From assembly GCA_031370785.1 (NCBI GenBank), contig JANMQY010000061.1:38786-102785 (forward strand): a DNA stretch of 64,000 nucleotides. Reading direction: 5' to 3'. Below are positions 40,977-50,249 of the stretch, one piece after another. The notes below the pieces were generated by a model, which was given only the letters and a program-made list of their open reading frames with translations, had not been told where the DNA came from and made no database searches. How positions within the stretch are numbered: position 1 is the first letter of the stretch; each line of letters opens with the position of its first letter. This DNA comes from Candidatus Eiseniibacteriota bacterium (GTDB taxonomy: Bacteria; Eisenbacteria; RBG-16-71-46). The translations under genes and the position numbers were made by a program.

Positions 40977-42539
40977 CTACTCGGGCTGGTGTTCCGGGCG
41001 CAGCAGGTCGTTCACGGTCTTCACCGGATTGAAAACCGCGAGCGGCACCTCGACGAAGCGCGTCGCCCAGTGCGCCATCGCGCCGTTCCACAGCCCGGGC
41101 CTCTCGAGCGCGAGCAGCTCGCGTCCCGCCGTCGCCTTGCGCGCGACGATCACCGCGTCCGGATCGACGAAGCGCGTCAGATCGTAGGGCCGCCCGTGGT
41201 GGTCTCGCAGCGCACAGGCCATGAACACCGGGTTGAAATGTGTTCCGCGCGCGAACGTTGCGCGCTGGGATTCGTTGGCCTGGACCTCGGCGCTCTCGAC
41301 GATCTGGCGGCTGAGCGCGCCATCACGCCCGCGCACCCAGAAGGGCCCGCCCCCGGGTTCCCCGGTGTTCTCCACCATCCCGCACACCCGGGCCGGGCGA
41401 TGCAGCGTCGCGATCGCCAGCGCGCGCCGCTCCTCGAAGGGGGCATGCGCCGCCCACTCGGGCAGGCTGGTCCCCAGCGTTTCCACGGCGAAAGCGAGCG
41501 CCGCATCGACCGCATCGGTCTCGGACGCGCCGTCGAGACGCTCGAGATGCGCGAATGTCTCGCGCTGAGTCTCGACCAGCAGCCCGACCAGCCGGCGCAT
41601 CCATTCGATGGTCGGCGCCCGGTGCGGCGCGCTCGCCACGTTGTCGATGTTCTTGATGATGACGATGTCGCCCTCGAGCTCGGCCAGATTCTCGATGAGC
41701 GCGCCGTGACCGGACGGACGCAGCAGCACCTCTCCCTCGGGATCGCGGAACACCTTGCCCTCGAGGTCGACGGCGAGCGTGTCGGTGGCTCGATTCTGCA
41801 CCGAGAAGGTCACCTCGAAGCGCACGCCAAAGCGCGGCTCGAGCCGCGCGCGCGCCTCCTTCAGCTTGGCTTCGAAGCCCGGCAGGTGCGAGTCGGAGAC
41901 GGTGAAGTGAACGCGGCAGACTCCCGCCTCGTCACGGACCAGCTCGGCCGCTTCCACCAGATGTTCCTCGAATGCGGTGCGCGCCTGGCCCCCCTCGCGG
42001 TGGAAGGCGAGCAGTCCCTTGGGCCGTTCCGCGTAGCCCAGCCCTTCGCGATCCAGCAGGGCCCCGAGCAGGGCGTCCCACGCCCCGCGAGAGCGCAGCT
42101 CTTCCGGCTCGTGGCCGGCACGACGCGCCGCCTCCGCCAGCTCCTCGGCGAACGCGAAGGCCTCGAGCCGGTGCAGGAACTCGGCGGCCGCGCGTGACTC
42201 GGGCCGACCCTCGGCGGTCTCGGCATCGAGCCGATCACGTGTCACCGGCTCGCCCGAGGCGCGGCACGCGATCAGGTTCTGGAACATGCGGGTGGCCGCG
42301 CCCGAGGCCGGCACGAACGCGAGGCATCGACCTTCGCGCGCGGCACGCGCATGCGCCGCATCGAGCGCGGGCCAGCTCTCGGGTTCCAGCGTTTCGATTC
42401 CGTCTCCGTGCGTGCACGGACGATCGAGATCGCGTCCGGCGGGCGGGTGGGCGAGCAGCTCGATCTGGCGCCGCGCCTCTTCGCCGCTCACGCCGATCTC
42501 GCGCAGCCGGTCGAGGTCCCTGCTCTCGAGCGGATTCAT
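40977..42539 (-). CDS. DUF4301 family protein (probable nucleotidyltransferase fold)
   Basis: FVPASGAATRMF, PKGLL.FH, FEEHLVE, HFTVS, RP.GHGALIENL, IKNIDNV, GEPGGGPFW, THFNPV, LERPGLWNG.M, FNPVKTVNDLL. Confidence 0.9.
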   Translation of the reverse strand: MNPLESRDLDRLREIGVSGEEARRQIELLAHPPAGRDLDRPCTHGDGIETLEPESWPALDAAHARAAREGRCLAFVPASGAATRMFQNLIACRASGEPVTRDRLDAETAEGRPESRAAAEFLHRLEAFAFAEELAEAARRAGHEPEELRSRGAWDALLGALLDREGLGYAERPKGLLAFHREGGQARTAFEEHLVEAAELVRDEAGVCRVHFTVSDSHLPGFEAKLKEARARLEPRFGVRFEVTFSVQNRATDTLAVDLEGKVFRDPEGEVLLRPSGHGALIENLAELEGDIVIIKNIDNVASAPHRAPTIEWMRRLVGLLVETQRETFAHLERLDGASETDAVDAALAFAVETLGTSLPEWAAHAPFEERRALAIATLHRPARVCGMVENTGEPGGGPFWVRGRDGALSRQIVESAEVQANESQRATFARGTHFNPVFMACALRDHHGRPYDLTRFVDPDAVIVARKATAGRELLALERPGLWNGAMAHWATRFVEVPLAVFNPVKTVNDLLRPEHQPE

Positions 42540-43450
42540 GAGCGGCGCAGCTCGGCGCGAATGTCGGCGAGCGCGAGTGCGGCCTGCCCCGCGGCCACCG
42601 CGATCGCGAGCAGCGGCGGCCGGGTCACGTCCCCCGCCGCCCAGACGCGCATCCGCGAGCTGCGGCCGCGCGCATCGACCGTGAGGTAGCCCTCGGCGTC
42701 ACACGCCAGCGTATCGCGACACCATTCGGTATTGGGGATGGACCCGATCTTGATCACCATTCCTTCGACCGCGCGCTCGCTCGGGCCGTTCGGACCCGAG
42801 AGACGCACGCCCCGGACCTGGGGCTCGCCGAGCACCTCGGTCACGCGGGTGTGCTCCAGCACCTCGATCTTCGGATTCGCCGCGACGCGCCTTCGGAACT
42901 CCTCATGGGCACGCGGGGCGCCGCGCGCGGCGATCGTCACCCGGCTGCCCGCCTCGGCGAGGATCAGCGCGTTCTCGAATGCCGCATCCCCCCCGCCCAC
43001 TACCAGCACGTCGCGCCCGGCGAGCCGCTCGCGGTCGCGGGTTGCCGAGAACGAGACCCCGCGCCCCTCGAGGGCGTCCTCGCCGGGCACCCCGAGGCGG
43101 CGGCGGCGAAGTCCGGTCGCGACCAGCGCGGCGCGCGCCTCGTGACGCTGTCCGGCGGCGTCGCGCACCGCGACCACCTCACCCGCGATCTCGAGCGCTC
43201 GCGCCGTCGTCGACGCACGCAGGTCGATGCGCTCGGCGGCGAGCTGGGCGGCAAGCGTGGCCGCGATCGCCGGGCCGTCGCCCGCGCCGACTCCGGGTAC
43301 CTGGCGCGGATGGAAGTGCACGGCGTTGAGCTGTCCGCCCGCGAGCGGCTCGGATTCGAGCACGCGTGCCTCGAGCCCGAAGCTGCGCGCCCACAACGCC
43401 GCCGAAACCCCGGCCGGGCCCGCGCCAACGATGACCACGTCACGAGTCAT
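42536..43450 (-). CDS. Thioredoxin-reductase-fold FAD/NAD(P)H oxidoreductase lacking the redox CxxC
   Basis: IVGAGPAG, GGQL, ATG, GRGVSFSATRD (at the canonical CATCD position), VVGGGDAA.E.A, WAAGD. Confidence 0.85.
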   Translation of the reverse strand: MTRDVVIVGAGPAGVSAALWARSFGLEARVLESEPLAGGQLNAVHFHPRQVPGVGAGDGPAIAATLAAQLAAERIDLRASTTARALEIAGEVVAVRDAAGQRHEARAALVATGLRRRRLGVPGEDALEGRGVSFSATRDRERLAGRDVLVVGGGDAAFENALILAEAGSRVTIAARGAPRAHEEFRRRVAANPKIEVLEHTRVTEVLGEPQVRGVRLSGPNGPSERAVEGMVIKIGSIPNTEWCRDTLACDAEGYLTVDARGRSSRMRVWAAGDVTRPPLLAIAVAAGQAALALADIRAELRRS

Positions 43451-44244
43451 GGCGTGGCGCCCGCCTTGCCGACCGCGAGCGCCACTTCCCAGAACGTCTT
43501 GATCTCGAGAGGCGGAAGGCCGTGACGCGCGGCGAGGCGGTCGAGACATGTACGCCGCTCAGGCCCGCGATCCACCGAGGCATTGCCCTGCTCGCGCAGC
43601 CGCACCTCCACGGTGACGCCAGGCACGCGCAATGGCGCGGCACGGCCGCTCTTCTCGAGCGCGGCCGCGGCCCTCAGCAGGAAGTCCCAGTCCTCGGAAT
43701 AGCGGAACGATTCGTCGAACCCGCCCAGCCCGGTGAACAGGCTGCGGCGAACCGCGAGCGCGCTCGGCGGAATGAAATCGTCGTGGCGCATGAGCCCATC
43801 ATCCCAGTCGTGCGCGATCACGCGGCGCTCGAGCTCGGTGCGGCGCCCGCGCGTCCCCACCGTCTCGCGCACCACCGCCGCGTCCCGGTACGCGACGCCG
43901 ACGGTCGGATCGCGGAACGCAGAGGCGAGAGCCTCCAGGTGGCCCTCAGTCCAGCGGTCGTCGTCGTCGAGAAACGCCAGCACCTCGCCCCGTGCATCAC
44001 GGGCCGCGAGATTGCGGGATGCGGCGGGCTGGCGCGCGTTCGATCGAATCCGCGTGACCTCGAGCGCGGGGAAGTCCGCCACCCGCGCCGGACCGTCGCC
44101 GTCGTCCGCGATGCGGATTTCGAGCGGCGCCGGGCGCTGGAGCGCGATCGAGGCCAGTGCGTCGGCCAGCAGGGCCGGCCGATCGCACGTCACCCCGATG
44201 ACACTCACCGAAGGCAGCCGGCCGCCCGGCATCGGTGCGCTCAC
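43447..44244 (-). CDS. Glycosyltransferase family 2
   Basis: SVSVI...DRP, ADDG, SRN.A...ARGEVLAFLDDDD, GGFDE...EDWDF.LR. Confidence 0.88.
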   Translation of the reverse strand: MSAPMPGGRLPSVSVIGVTCDRPALLADALASIALQRPAPLEIRIADDGDGPARVADFPALEVTRIRSNARQPAASRNLAARDARGEVLAFLDDDDRWTEGHLEALASAFRDPTVGVAYRDAAVVRETVGTRGRRTELERRVIAHDWDDGLMRHDDFIPPSALAVRRSLFTGLGGFDESFRYSEDWDFLLRAAAALEKSGRAAPLRVPGVTVEVRLREQGNASVDRGPERRTCLDRLAARHGLPPLEIKTFWEVALAVGKAGATP

Positions 44245-44246
44245 GC

Positions 44247-44816
44247 TCAGCCCGTCGCGGTCGGGCTCAGAGCGGCGGCCCAGCGCGGCTCCGCGAGCGC
44301 CCCGCGCACGGTTCGCGTCTCCACCAGGCCGGAAGCGCGCACGCCGCGCATTTCCATGCAAAGATGGCGCGCCTCGATCACCACCGCCACCCCACGCGGC
44401 TTCACCAGGCGCTCGAGGTGATCGGCGATCTGGGCGGTCAACCGCTCCTGGAGCTGCGGGCGCCTCGCGTAGCGCTCGAGCAGCCGGGCCGCCCCGCTGA
44501 TGCCGATCAGCGACTTGCCGGGCAGATACGCGATCAGCGCGCGCCCGAAGAACGGCGCGAAGTGATGAACGCACATCGAATGGAACGCGAGGTCGCGCAC
44601 CACCACCAGATCGTCGCTTCCCTCGTGCGGAAACGTGGCCAGCTCGGGATCCGAGACGGGGTCGAGGCCGGAGAACGCCTCGGCGTAGAGGTCCACCATC
44701 CGGGCCGGCGTGGCGAGGAGCTCGGGCTCGGTCGCGGGATCGAGGCCCAGCGCCCGGATGAAATCTGCCACTGCTCGTTCGGCGGCCCGCCTGTCCACTG
44801 GGGGCACCTGACCCAC
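44247..44816 (-). CDS. folE: GTP cyclohydrolase I
   Basis: TPARM, HSMCVHH.APF.G...IAY.P, ARRPQLQERLT.QIA, GVAV.IEA.HLCMEMRG; GGAGG RBS before GTG 44816. Confidence 0.9.
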   Translation of the reverse strand: MGQVPPVDRRAAERAVADFIRALGLDPATEPELLATPARMVDLYAEAFSGLDPVSDPELATFPHEGSDDLVVVRDLAFHSMCVHHFAPFFGRALIAYLPGKSLIGISGAARLLERYARRPQLQERLTAQIADHLERLVKPRGVAVVIEARHLCMEMRGVRASGLVETRTVRGALAEPRWAAALSPTATG

Positions 44817-44840
44817 GCTGACCTCCGGGGCGAAACACCA

Positions 44841-44864
44841 CGGGGCCGGCAGCTGCCGGCCCCG
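44841..44864. repeat. Perfect 24-bp palindrome just 3' of tRNA-Gly
   Basis: CGGGGCCGGCAGCTGCCGGCCCCG is its own reverse complement; only a weak U-rich tail follows on the minus strand. Confidence 0.8.
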
Positions 44865-44870
44865 CGAAGA

Positions 44871-44947
44871 TGGAGCGGAAGACGGGATTTGAACCCGCGA
44901 CATCCACCTTGGCAAGGTGGCGCTCTACCGGTCTGAGCTACTTCCGC
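44871..44947 (-). tRNA. tRNA-Gly (anticodon GCC)
   Basis: GCGGAAGTAGCTCAG..GGTAGAGC-CCACC TTGCCAA GGTGG-..GGGTTCAAATCCC..CTTCCGCTCCA; full cloverleaf with encoded CCA. Confidence 0.97.
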
Positions 44948-44969
44948 CCGTCAAGTTTGAGCGCCGGAG

Positions 44970-44999
44970 AATATAGTCAGAGCGATCGAACCCCGTCAA
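44970..44999 (-). promoter_or_regulatory. Sigma70-type promoter of tRNA-Gly
   Basis: TTGACG-18 bp-TATATT about 22 nt upstream of the tRNA 5' end. Confidence 0.6.
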
Positions 45000-45146
45000 G
45001 AAGGCCGCCGAACTCGCATCGCTCGGATCGCACCGAATCCGAATGGTATTCCCATCGTGCGTGGCGCGCCGCGCGCGATCGACTGCGAACACTCCCTGCG
45101 GCGTCGAGTTGGCGTCGACTCGCGCGAACCCGTATAACTTCCGCCC

Positions 45147-46352
45147 ATGGCGGTGCTCGTTCAGAAGTACGGTGGCACATCGGTGGACGGGCCAGAAAGG
45201 CTGCGTCAGGTCGCGAAACGTGTCGCTCAGGCGCGCGCGGCCGGCAACGACACCGTGGTCGTGGTCTCGGCGATGGGGCACGAGACCGATCGGCTGCTCG
45301 CGCTGGCGCGCGAGGTCTCGCGCGCGCCCAGCCGGCGCGAGCTCGACATGCTGCTCACCACCGGCGAGCGCGTGTCGATGGCGCTGCTGGCGATGGCGCT
45401 CGGCGACCTCTCAGTCGAGGCGATCTCGTTCACCGGCTCGCAGAGCGGCATCCTGACCGACGCGACCCACAACGCGGCGCGCATCATCGGGGTCAGACCC
45501 GAGCGCATTCGCGCCGAGCTCGAGCGCGGGCGGGTGGTGATCGTTGCGGGATTCCAGGGCGTGAATCCCGAGACCCGCGAGATCACGACGCTCGGGCGGG
45601 GCGGCTCGGACACCTCGGCGGTTGCGCTGACCGTCGCGCTCGGTCCCGGGCGCTGCGAGATCTTCACCGACGTGGATGGCATCTCGACCGCCGATCCCCG
45701 GCTCGTGCCCGGGGCGCGCGTGATCCCGCGGCTGTCGTACCGCGTGTGCTCGACCCTGGCCCATCTCGGCGCCGGGGTGCTGCACGCGCGCAGCGTGGAC
45801 CTGGCGGCAAAGCACGGCGTGCCGCTCACCGTGCGATCCTCGTTCAACGATCGACCCGGAACCGAAATCACGGAGGACGACGTGGAAGGACCATGCGTAA
45901 CCGCGGTGACTTATCGCGAAGACTGCTCGATCGCCATCGCCGAGGGAACCTCGGGTGGAAAGGGCGAAGCGAGAGAAATCCTCGAAGCGGTGGCTCGCGA
46001 ACACCCCGACCTCGAGCTGATCGCGCACGAACAGGACACCGGGGCGCACGGCGCCATCGTCTGGCTCGGAATCCATGACGACGCCGAAGCGCTGAAGAAT
46101 CACTTCCGCGTGCTGCGCGGCCCGGGCGGCGAGTGGAAGCTCACCGTCGAGCATGGCACCGCCTTCGTGTCGGTGGTGGGGCTCGGACTGGGCGCGCGCG
46201 AGGCCGCCGCGGCAGAGGCCGCACTCGAGAAGGCCGGCGTGCCCCTGATCGCGCTGCGCGTGACCTCGACCGCGCTCATCTTCCGGGTCGCGACCGAGCA
46301 CGCCGCCGGCGCCGCGCGCGCATTGCACGCCGCATTCCTCGAAGCGCATTGA
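45147..46352 (+). CDS. lysC: Aspartate kinase
   Basis: [51 protein letters not shown]...ADPR; C-terminal ACT region is divergent. Confidence 0.9.
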   Translation: MAVLVQKYGGTSVDGPERLRQVAKRVAQARAAGNDTVVVVSAMGHETDRLLALAREVSRAPSRRELDMLLTTGERVSMALLAMALGDLSVEAISFTGSQSGILTDATHNAARIIGVRPERIRAELERGRVVIVAGFQGVNPETREITTLGRGGSDTSAVALTVALGPGRCEIFTDVDGISTADPRLVPGARVIPRLSYRVCSTLAHLGAGVLHARSVDLAAKHGVPLTVRSSFNDRPGTEITEDDVEGPCVTAVTYREDCSIAIAEGTSGGKGEAREILEAVAREHPDLELIAHEQDTGAHGAIVWLGIHDDAEALKNHFRVLRGPGGEWKLTVEHGTAFVSVVGLGLGAREAAAAEAALEKAGVPLIALRVTSTALIFRVATEHAAGAARALHAAFLEAH

Positions 46353-46367
46353 CGGTCGCCGCGCGCA

Positions 46368-47582
46368 TCACTCCGCGGTCACCGCGCGCATCGCATCCTG
46401 ATCCGCCCCGCGCCATAGCGCGACCAGCAGCCATGCATCGAGCGCGGGAGGCAGCAGCAGCAACATCGCGCCGAGCGCGACTCCCCACCGACCGAATCCG
46501 CCCTGGACCAGCCCGGAGTCCGCGTACCATGCGGTCGCGAACGCGAGTGCATAGAGTCCCCACCACCTGAAGCGCGCGGGTGATCCGCGCGCCACCCACA
46601 CCGCGAGCGCGGGCGCGACCATCACCACGTACATCGGCAGAAGTTTCGGGGCAAGCAGCGCGTAGCAGCCCCACAGCCATGCGGCCAGCTCCACCCGTCC
46701 CGCCCCGGCACGGATCAGCCGCCACCAGCCGACCATCAGCGCGAGCGCGAACGGCGCCATCGCGAACCGACCGAGGTCGAGGTTCCACCACAGCGCCGGC
46801 AGACGCCACAGGGTCGGACCGCTTCCAAACGCGCCGGCCTGATGCGTCACCCCGACCGCCCACGGCCACCCGGCCACGGTCATGCCGAGGTAGACCGCCG
46901 CGACCGGCACGAAGTACGCGAGCCGCGCCGAGCCGCGCGTGCCGCGCGCCACCAGCAGCGGCAGCGCGCACAATCCAAACAGGATCTTCGTGAACAGCTG
47001 GCCGAGCGCGAGCGCCGCTCCGGCCCACGCCTGACGCCGTCTCGAAAAGGCGAACAGCGCGAGCGCGAGGCACAGCGCAGCCAGCGCTTCCTCCTGCGCG
47101 TAGCGGATCTCGAAATACCACACCGGTGTGAACGCGAGGTAGTTCCAGGCCACCGATCGCGACGAGGGCGCAGTGCCGCCCGAGAGTTTCGCGAGAACAA
47201 GGAATGCGCCGAGATCCGCGCAGATGAAGCACGCGATCAGGCCCCATGCGTGAGACACCGATAACGCGACGGCGTAGAGGAACGGCAACCCGGGCGCAAA
47301 AAGGGTTTCGAAGTCCCGATACGGCAGCTTGCCGGCAAGCACCCACTCGCCCTGGGACTGGTCCCCGAGCCAGTCGGTCGAGCGGTGCGCGAACACGCTG
47401 AAGACGACCACCGTGAAGACCACCCGGGTGAGCGCGAAGAAGACCCACCCCACCCACGGGCGAGCCAGCCGTCTCCCGAACGGCGGCCAGGCGGGAAGCC
47501 ACAACGCCAGCGTTCCGAGCGGCACCGGGAGCCAGGACAGGAGCGCGAGCGCGGGGTGCGCGTGCCACAGCTCGGGGTTCAC
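46368..47582 (-). CDS. Polytopic membrane protein, probable GT-C fold glycosyltransferase (GT87/DUF2029-like)
   Basis: About 10 TMs; luminal loop STD......G.LPYRDF...F.P; Q.E after a TM; G...K.F pattern. Confidence 0.6.
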   Translation of the reverse strand: MNPELWHAHPALALLSWLPVPLGTLALWLPAWPPFGRRLARPWVGWVFFALTRVVFTVVVFSVFAHRSTDWLGDQSQGEWVLAGKLPYRDFETLFAPGLPFLYAVALSVSHAWGLIACFICADLGAFLVLAKLSGGTAPSSRSVAWNYLAFTPVWYFEIRYAQEEALAALCLALALFAFSRRRQAWAGAALALGQLFTKILFGLCALPLLVARGTRGSARLAYFVPVAAVYLGMTVAGWPWAVGVTHQAGAFGSGPTLWRLPALWWNLDLGRFAMAPFALALMVGWWRLIRAGAGRVELAAWLWGCYALLAPKLLPMYVVMVAPALAVWVARGSPARFRWWGLYALAFATAWYADSGLVQGGFGRWGVALGAMLLLLPPALDAWLLVALWRGADQDAMRAVTAE

Positions 47583-47592
47583 GGCCGCACGC

Positions 47593-49128
47593 TCACACCC
47601 TGCTGCGCACCGACTCGAGCGTCGGCACACGGCCGCCGCGCACGCGTTCGATCGCGCGCTGGTAGACACGGTCGTAGCCGTCGGCGCTGGCGCGCCACGA
47701 GAAGTCGCGGCTCATTCCGTTCTGCTGGAGCTTTCGCCATTGCTCGGCCTGGCGATGGAACGCGAGCGCGCGGCGCAGCGCGCCGAGCATCTCGGCGGAG
47801 TCGAATCGATCGAATCGAAATCCGGTCCCCGCGCCGGTCCGCGCGTCGAACTCCTCCACGGTGTCCGCGAGCCCGCCCACCGCACGCACCACCGGCACCG
47901 TGCCGTAGCGCATGCTGTACATCTGATTGAGCCCGCACGGCTCGTAACGAGAGGGCATCAGGAACAGGTCGGCCCCGCCCTCGATGCGATGCGCGAGCGG
48001 ATCGTCGTAGCCGTCGCGATAGGACACACGCTCGGGATGCGCCGCGGCGAGGCAGCGCAGCATCTCGACGTACTCCGGCTTCCCCGAGCCGAGCACCACG
48101 AGCCGCAGCTCCATCTTCATCAGCCTGGCGGCGGCCTCCTCGATCAGATCGAAGCCCTTCTGCTCGGCGATGCGCGACACCATGCCCACGATCGGCCAGT
48201 CGGGGGTGACCGGCCAGCGGCAGGCGACGCGCAGCGCGGCCCGATTCACCGCCTTCTGCTCGAGATGATCCCGGTCATAGCGTGCGGCCAGATGCGGATC
48301 GGTCGCCGGATTCCATACCGTGTCGTCGATTCCGTTGAGGATGCCGGTCAGATCGGCGGATCGTCGCTTGAGCACGCCTTCGAGGCCGGCTCCGAACTCC
48401 GGGCTCGACTGGATCTCGCTCGCATAGCGCGGGCTCACCGTGGTCAGGGCGTCCGCGAACAGCAGTCCGACCTTCATGTCGTTGACCCGGCCCCAGTATT
48501 CGAACGGGCTGCCGGGATAGAAATGCTCGAGCCCGAATCCGGCCAGACCCAGCACCCACGGGTCGTGCATGCCCTGATAGCCGAGATTGTGGATGGTGAG
48601 CACGGTGACCACGCCGCGGAATGCGGGCTCGTGCGCGTCGTGCGTGCGCACGAAGCACGGCGCCCACGCGGCCTGGTGATCGTGGCCGTGCAGGATGTCG
48701 AAGCGCTCGCCGATCTGCTTCAGACCCTCGAGCGCGGCGCGGGTGAAGAACAGGAAACGCTCGGCGGAATCGGGAAACCCTTCGCCGGTGGCCGGATCGT
48801 CGTAGACGCCTGCGCGCGCGAAGAACCGCCGCTCACCCGCATGGTCGACGAGCAGAACCCCAAGGTCCCGGTCCGGCGCTTCGAGCAGCTCGTAGCGCGC
48901 CGGCTCGCGACCCATTCCCCACGGAACCTGGCGTGGCTCGAGCGCGCGACGGCTCCAGCCTTCGGGCAACGCCAGCGTGAGGTAGCGCGGCAGGGCGACA
49001 ATCACGTGGTGACCGCGCCGCGCCTGCTCGAACGCGAGCGCGCCCACCACGTCGGCAAGACCGCCGACCTTGACGAGCGGCGCCATCTCGCTCGCCAGGT
49101 GGGCGATCCTGAGCGATGGAGCCACCAT
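47593..49128 (-). CDS. glgA: Glycogen synthase
   Basis: SEMAPLVKVGGLADV, H.HD.Q, TIHNL.YQG, TTVS..YA.EI, GILNGID, SR..QKG.DL, LMPSRYEPCGLNQ. Confidence 0.95.
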   Translation of the reverse strand: MVAPSLRIAHLASEMAPLVKVGGLADVVGALAFEQARRGHHVIVALPRYLTLALPEGWSRRALEPRQVPWGMGREPARYELLEAPDRDLGVLLVDHAGERRFFARAGVYDDPATGEGFPDSAERFLFFTRAALEGLKQIGERFDILHGHDHQAAWAPCFVRTHDAHEPAFRGVVTVLTIHNLGYQGMHDPWVLGLAGFGLEHFYPGSPFEYWGRVNDMKVGLLFADALTTVSPRYASEIQSSPEFGAGLEGVLKRRSADLTGILNGIDDTVWNPATDPHLAARYDRDHLEQKAVNRAALRVACRWPVTPDWPIVGMVSRIAEQKGFDLIEEAAARLMKMELRLVVLGSGKPEYVEMLRCLAAAHPERVSYRDGYDDPLAHRIEGGADLFLMPSRYEPCGLNQMYSMRYGTVPVVRAVGGLADTVEEFDARTGAGTGFRFDRFDSAEMLGALRRALAFHRQAEQWRKLQQNGMSRDFSWRASADGYDRVYQRAIERVRGGRVPTLESVRSRV

Positions 49129-49151
49129 CCTCCGGTTGCCTCCCCTTCAGC

Positions 49152-50165
49152 TCAGCCGGGAACTGTGATTTCGCGCAGGTACTGCGCGGCGTCCTCGGGG
49201 GGCGTCGGGTTGATGTAGAAACCGGATCCGATCTCGAAGCCGGCGACGCGGGTGAGCTTGGGCATGATCTCGATGTGCCAGTGGTAGTACTCGAGGTCGC
49301 CGTCGCTGACCGGCGCAGTATGAATCACGAAATTGTAGGGAGGGCGCTCGAGCGCCAGATTCAGGCGCTGCAACACGTCCTTGAGCAAAGCCGCAAGATC
49401 CGCGAACTCGCCCTCGCCCGCGACCGACTGGAAGGCCGCATCGTGGCGGCGCGGAAGGATCCAGGTCTCGAACGGGAAGCGCGGCGCGAAAGGCGCCAGT
49501 GCCACGAAGCGCTCGCTGGTCGCGATCACGCGCCGCGCATTGTTGTCGGCGGTTTCCTGTTGCACGATGTCGCAGAAAACGCAGCGCTCCTTGAGCTCGT
49601 AGTAGCGGCGCGAGCCGTCCAGCTCCTCCTGCAGGATGCGCGGGATGATCGGCGTGGCGATCAGCTGGGTGTGGGCGTGCTCGAGCGTCGCGCCGGCCTG
49701 CGCGCCGTGATTCTTGAAGATGAGTACGTAGCGCAGGCGACGATCGCGGTGCAGGTCGAGCATGCGCTCGCGGTATGCGATCAGCACCTGGCGCAGGTGC
49801 TCGACCGGAAGATCGGCCATGTCCTGGTCGTGACGCGGCGTCTCGATCACGACCTCGTGCGCGCCGATCCCGTTCATCCTGTCGTAGAGACCTTCGCCGC
49901 GACGATCGAGCTGCCCTTCGATCTGCAGGGCGGGAAACTTGTTGGGCACCACCCGTACCTGCCAGCCCGGGGAATTGGCCGGACCGCCGTCCGGGCGATA
50001 GGCGTACACCTCGGGCGGCGTCTTGTCCTCGTTGCCGGGACAGAACGGACAGAAGCTGGGCGACTTGGTGGGCGGGGCGGGTTCGAAGTTGGTGGGCCGG
50101 CGGCTGCGCTCGGTGGAGATGATCACCCAGCGTCCCACCACCGGATCCTTGCGAAGCTCGGGCAT
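49152..50165 (-). CDS. galT: GalT-family (HIT) hexose-1-phosphate nucleotidyltransferase
   Basis: MPELRKDP, R..RP, CPFCPGNE, VPNKFPAL, HEV.IETP.H, FKNHG..AGA.L.HAHTQ, C.FC, HWHIEI.P. Confidence 0.88.
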   Translation of the reverse strand: MPELRKDPVVGRWVIISTERSRRPTNFEPAPPTKSPSFCPFCPGNEDKTPPEVYAYRPDGGPANSPGWQVRVVPNKFPALQIEGQLDRRGEGLYDRMNGIGAHEVVIETPRHDQDMADLPVEHLRQVLIAYRERMLDLHRDRRLRYVLIFKNHGAQAGATLEHAHTQLIATPIIPRILQEELDGSRRYYELKERCVFCDIVQQETADNNARRVIATSERFVALAPFAPRFPFETWILPRRHDAAFQSVAGEGEFADLAALLKDVLQRLNLALERPPYNFVIHTAPVSDGDLEYYHWHIEIMPKLTRVAGFEIGSGFYINPTPPEDAAQYLREITVPG

Positions 50166-50249
50166 TCATTCCCTCTTATAGGTTGCTTCGTCACGACCCC
50201 TGGCGGAGCAGGGCAAGCGCAGCAGTCTAGAGAGCCGCCGCGCGCGCGG

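Noticed and set aside
44841..44947. tRNA-Gly as a possible island integration site
   Set aside because: No integrase, no duplicated tRNA 3' end seen in the window, and no compositional shift downstream.
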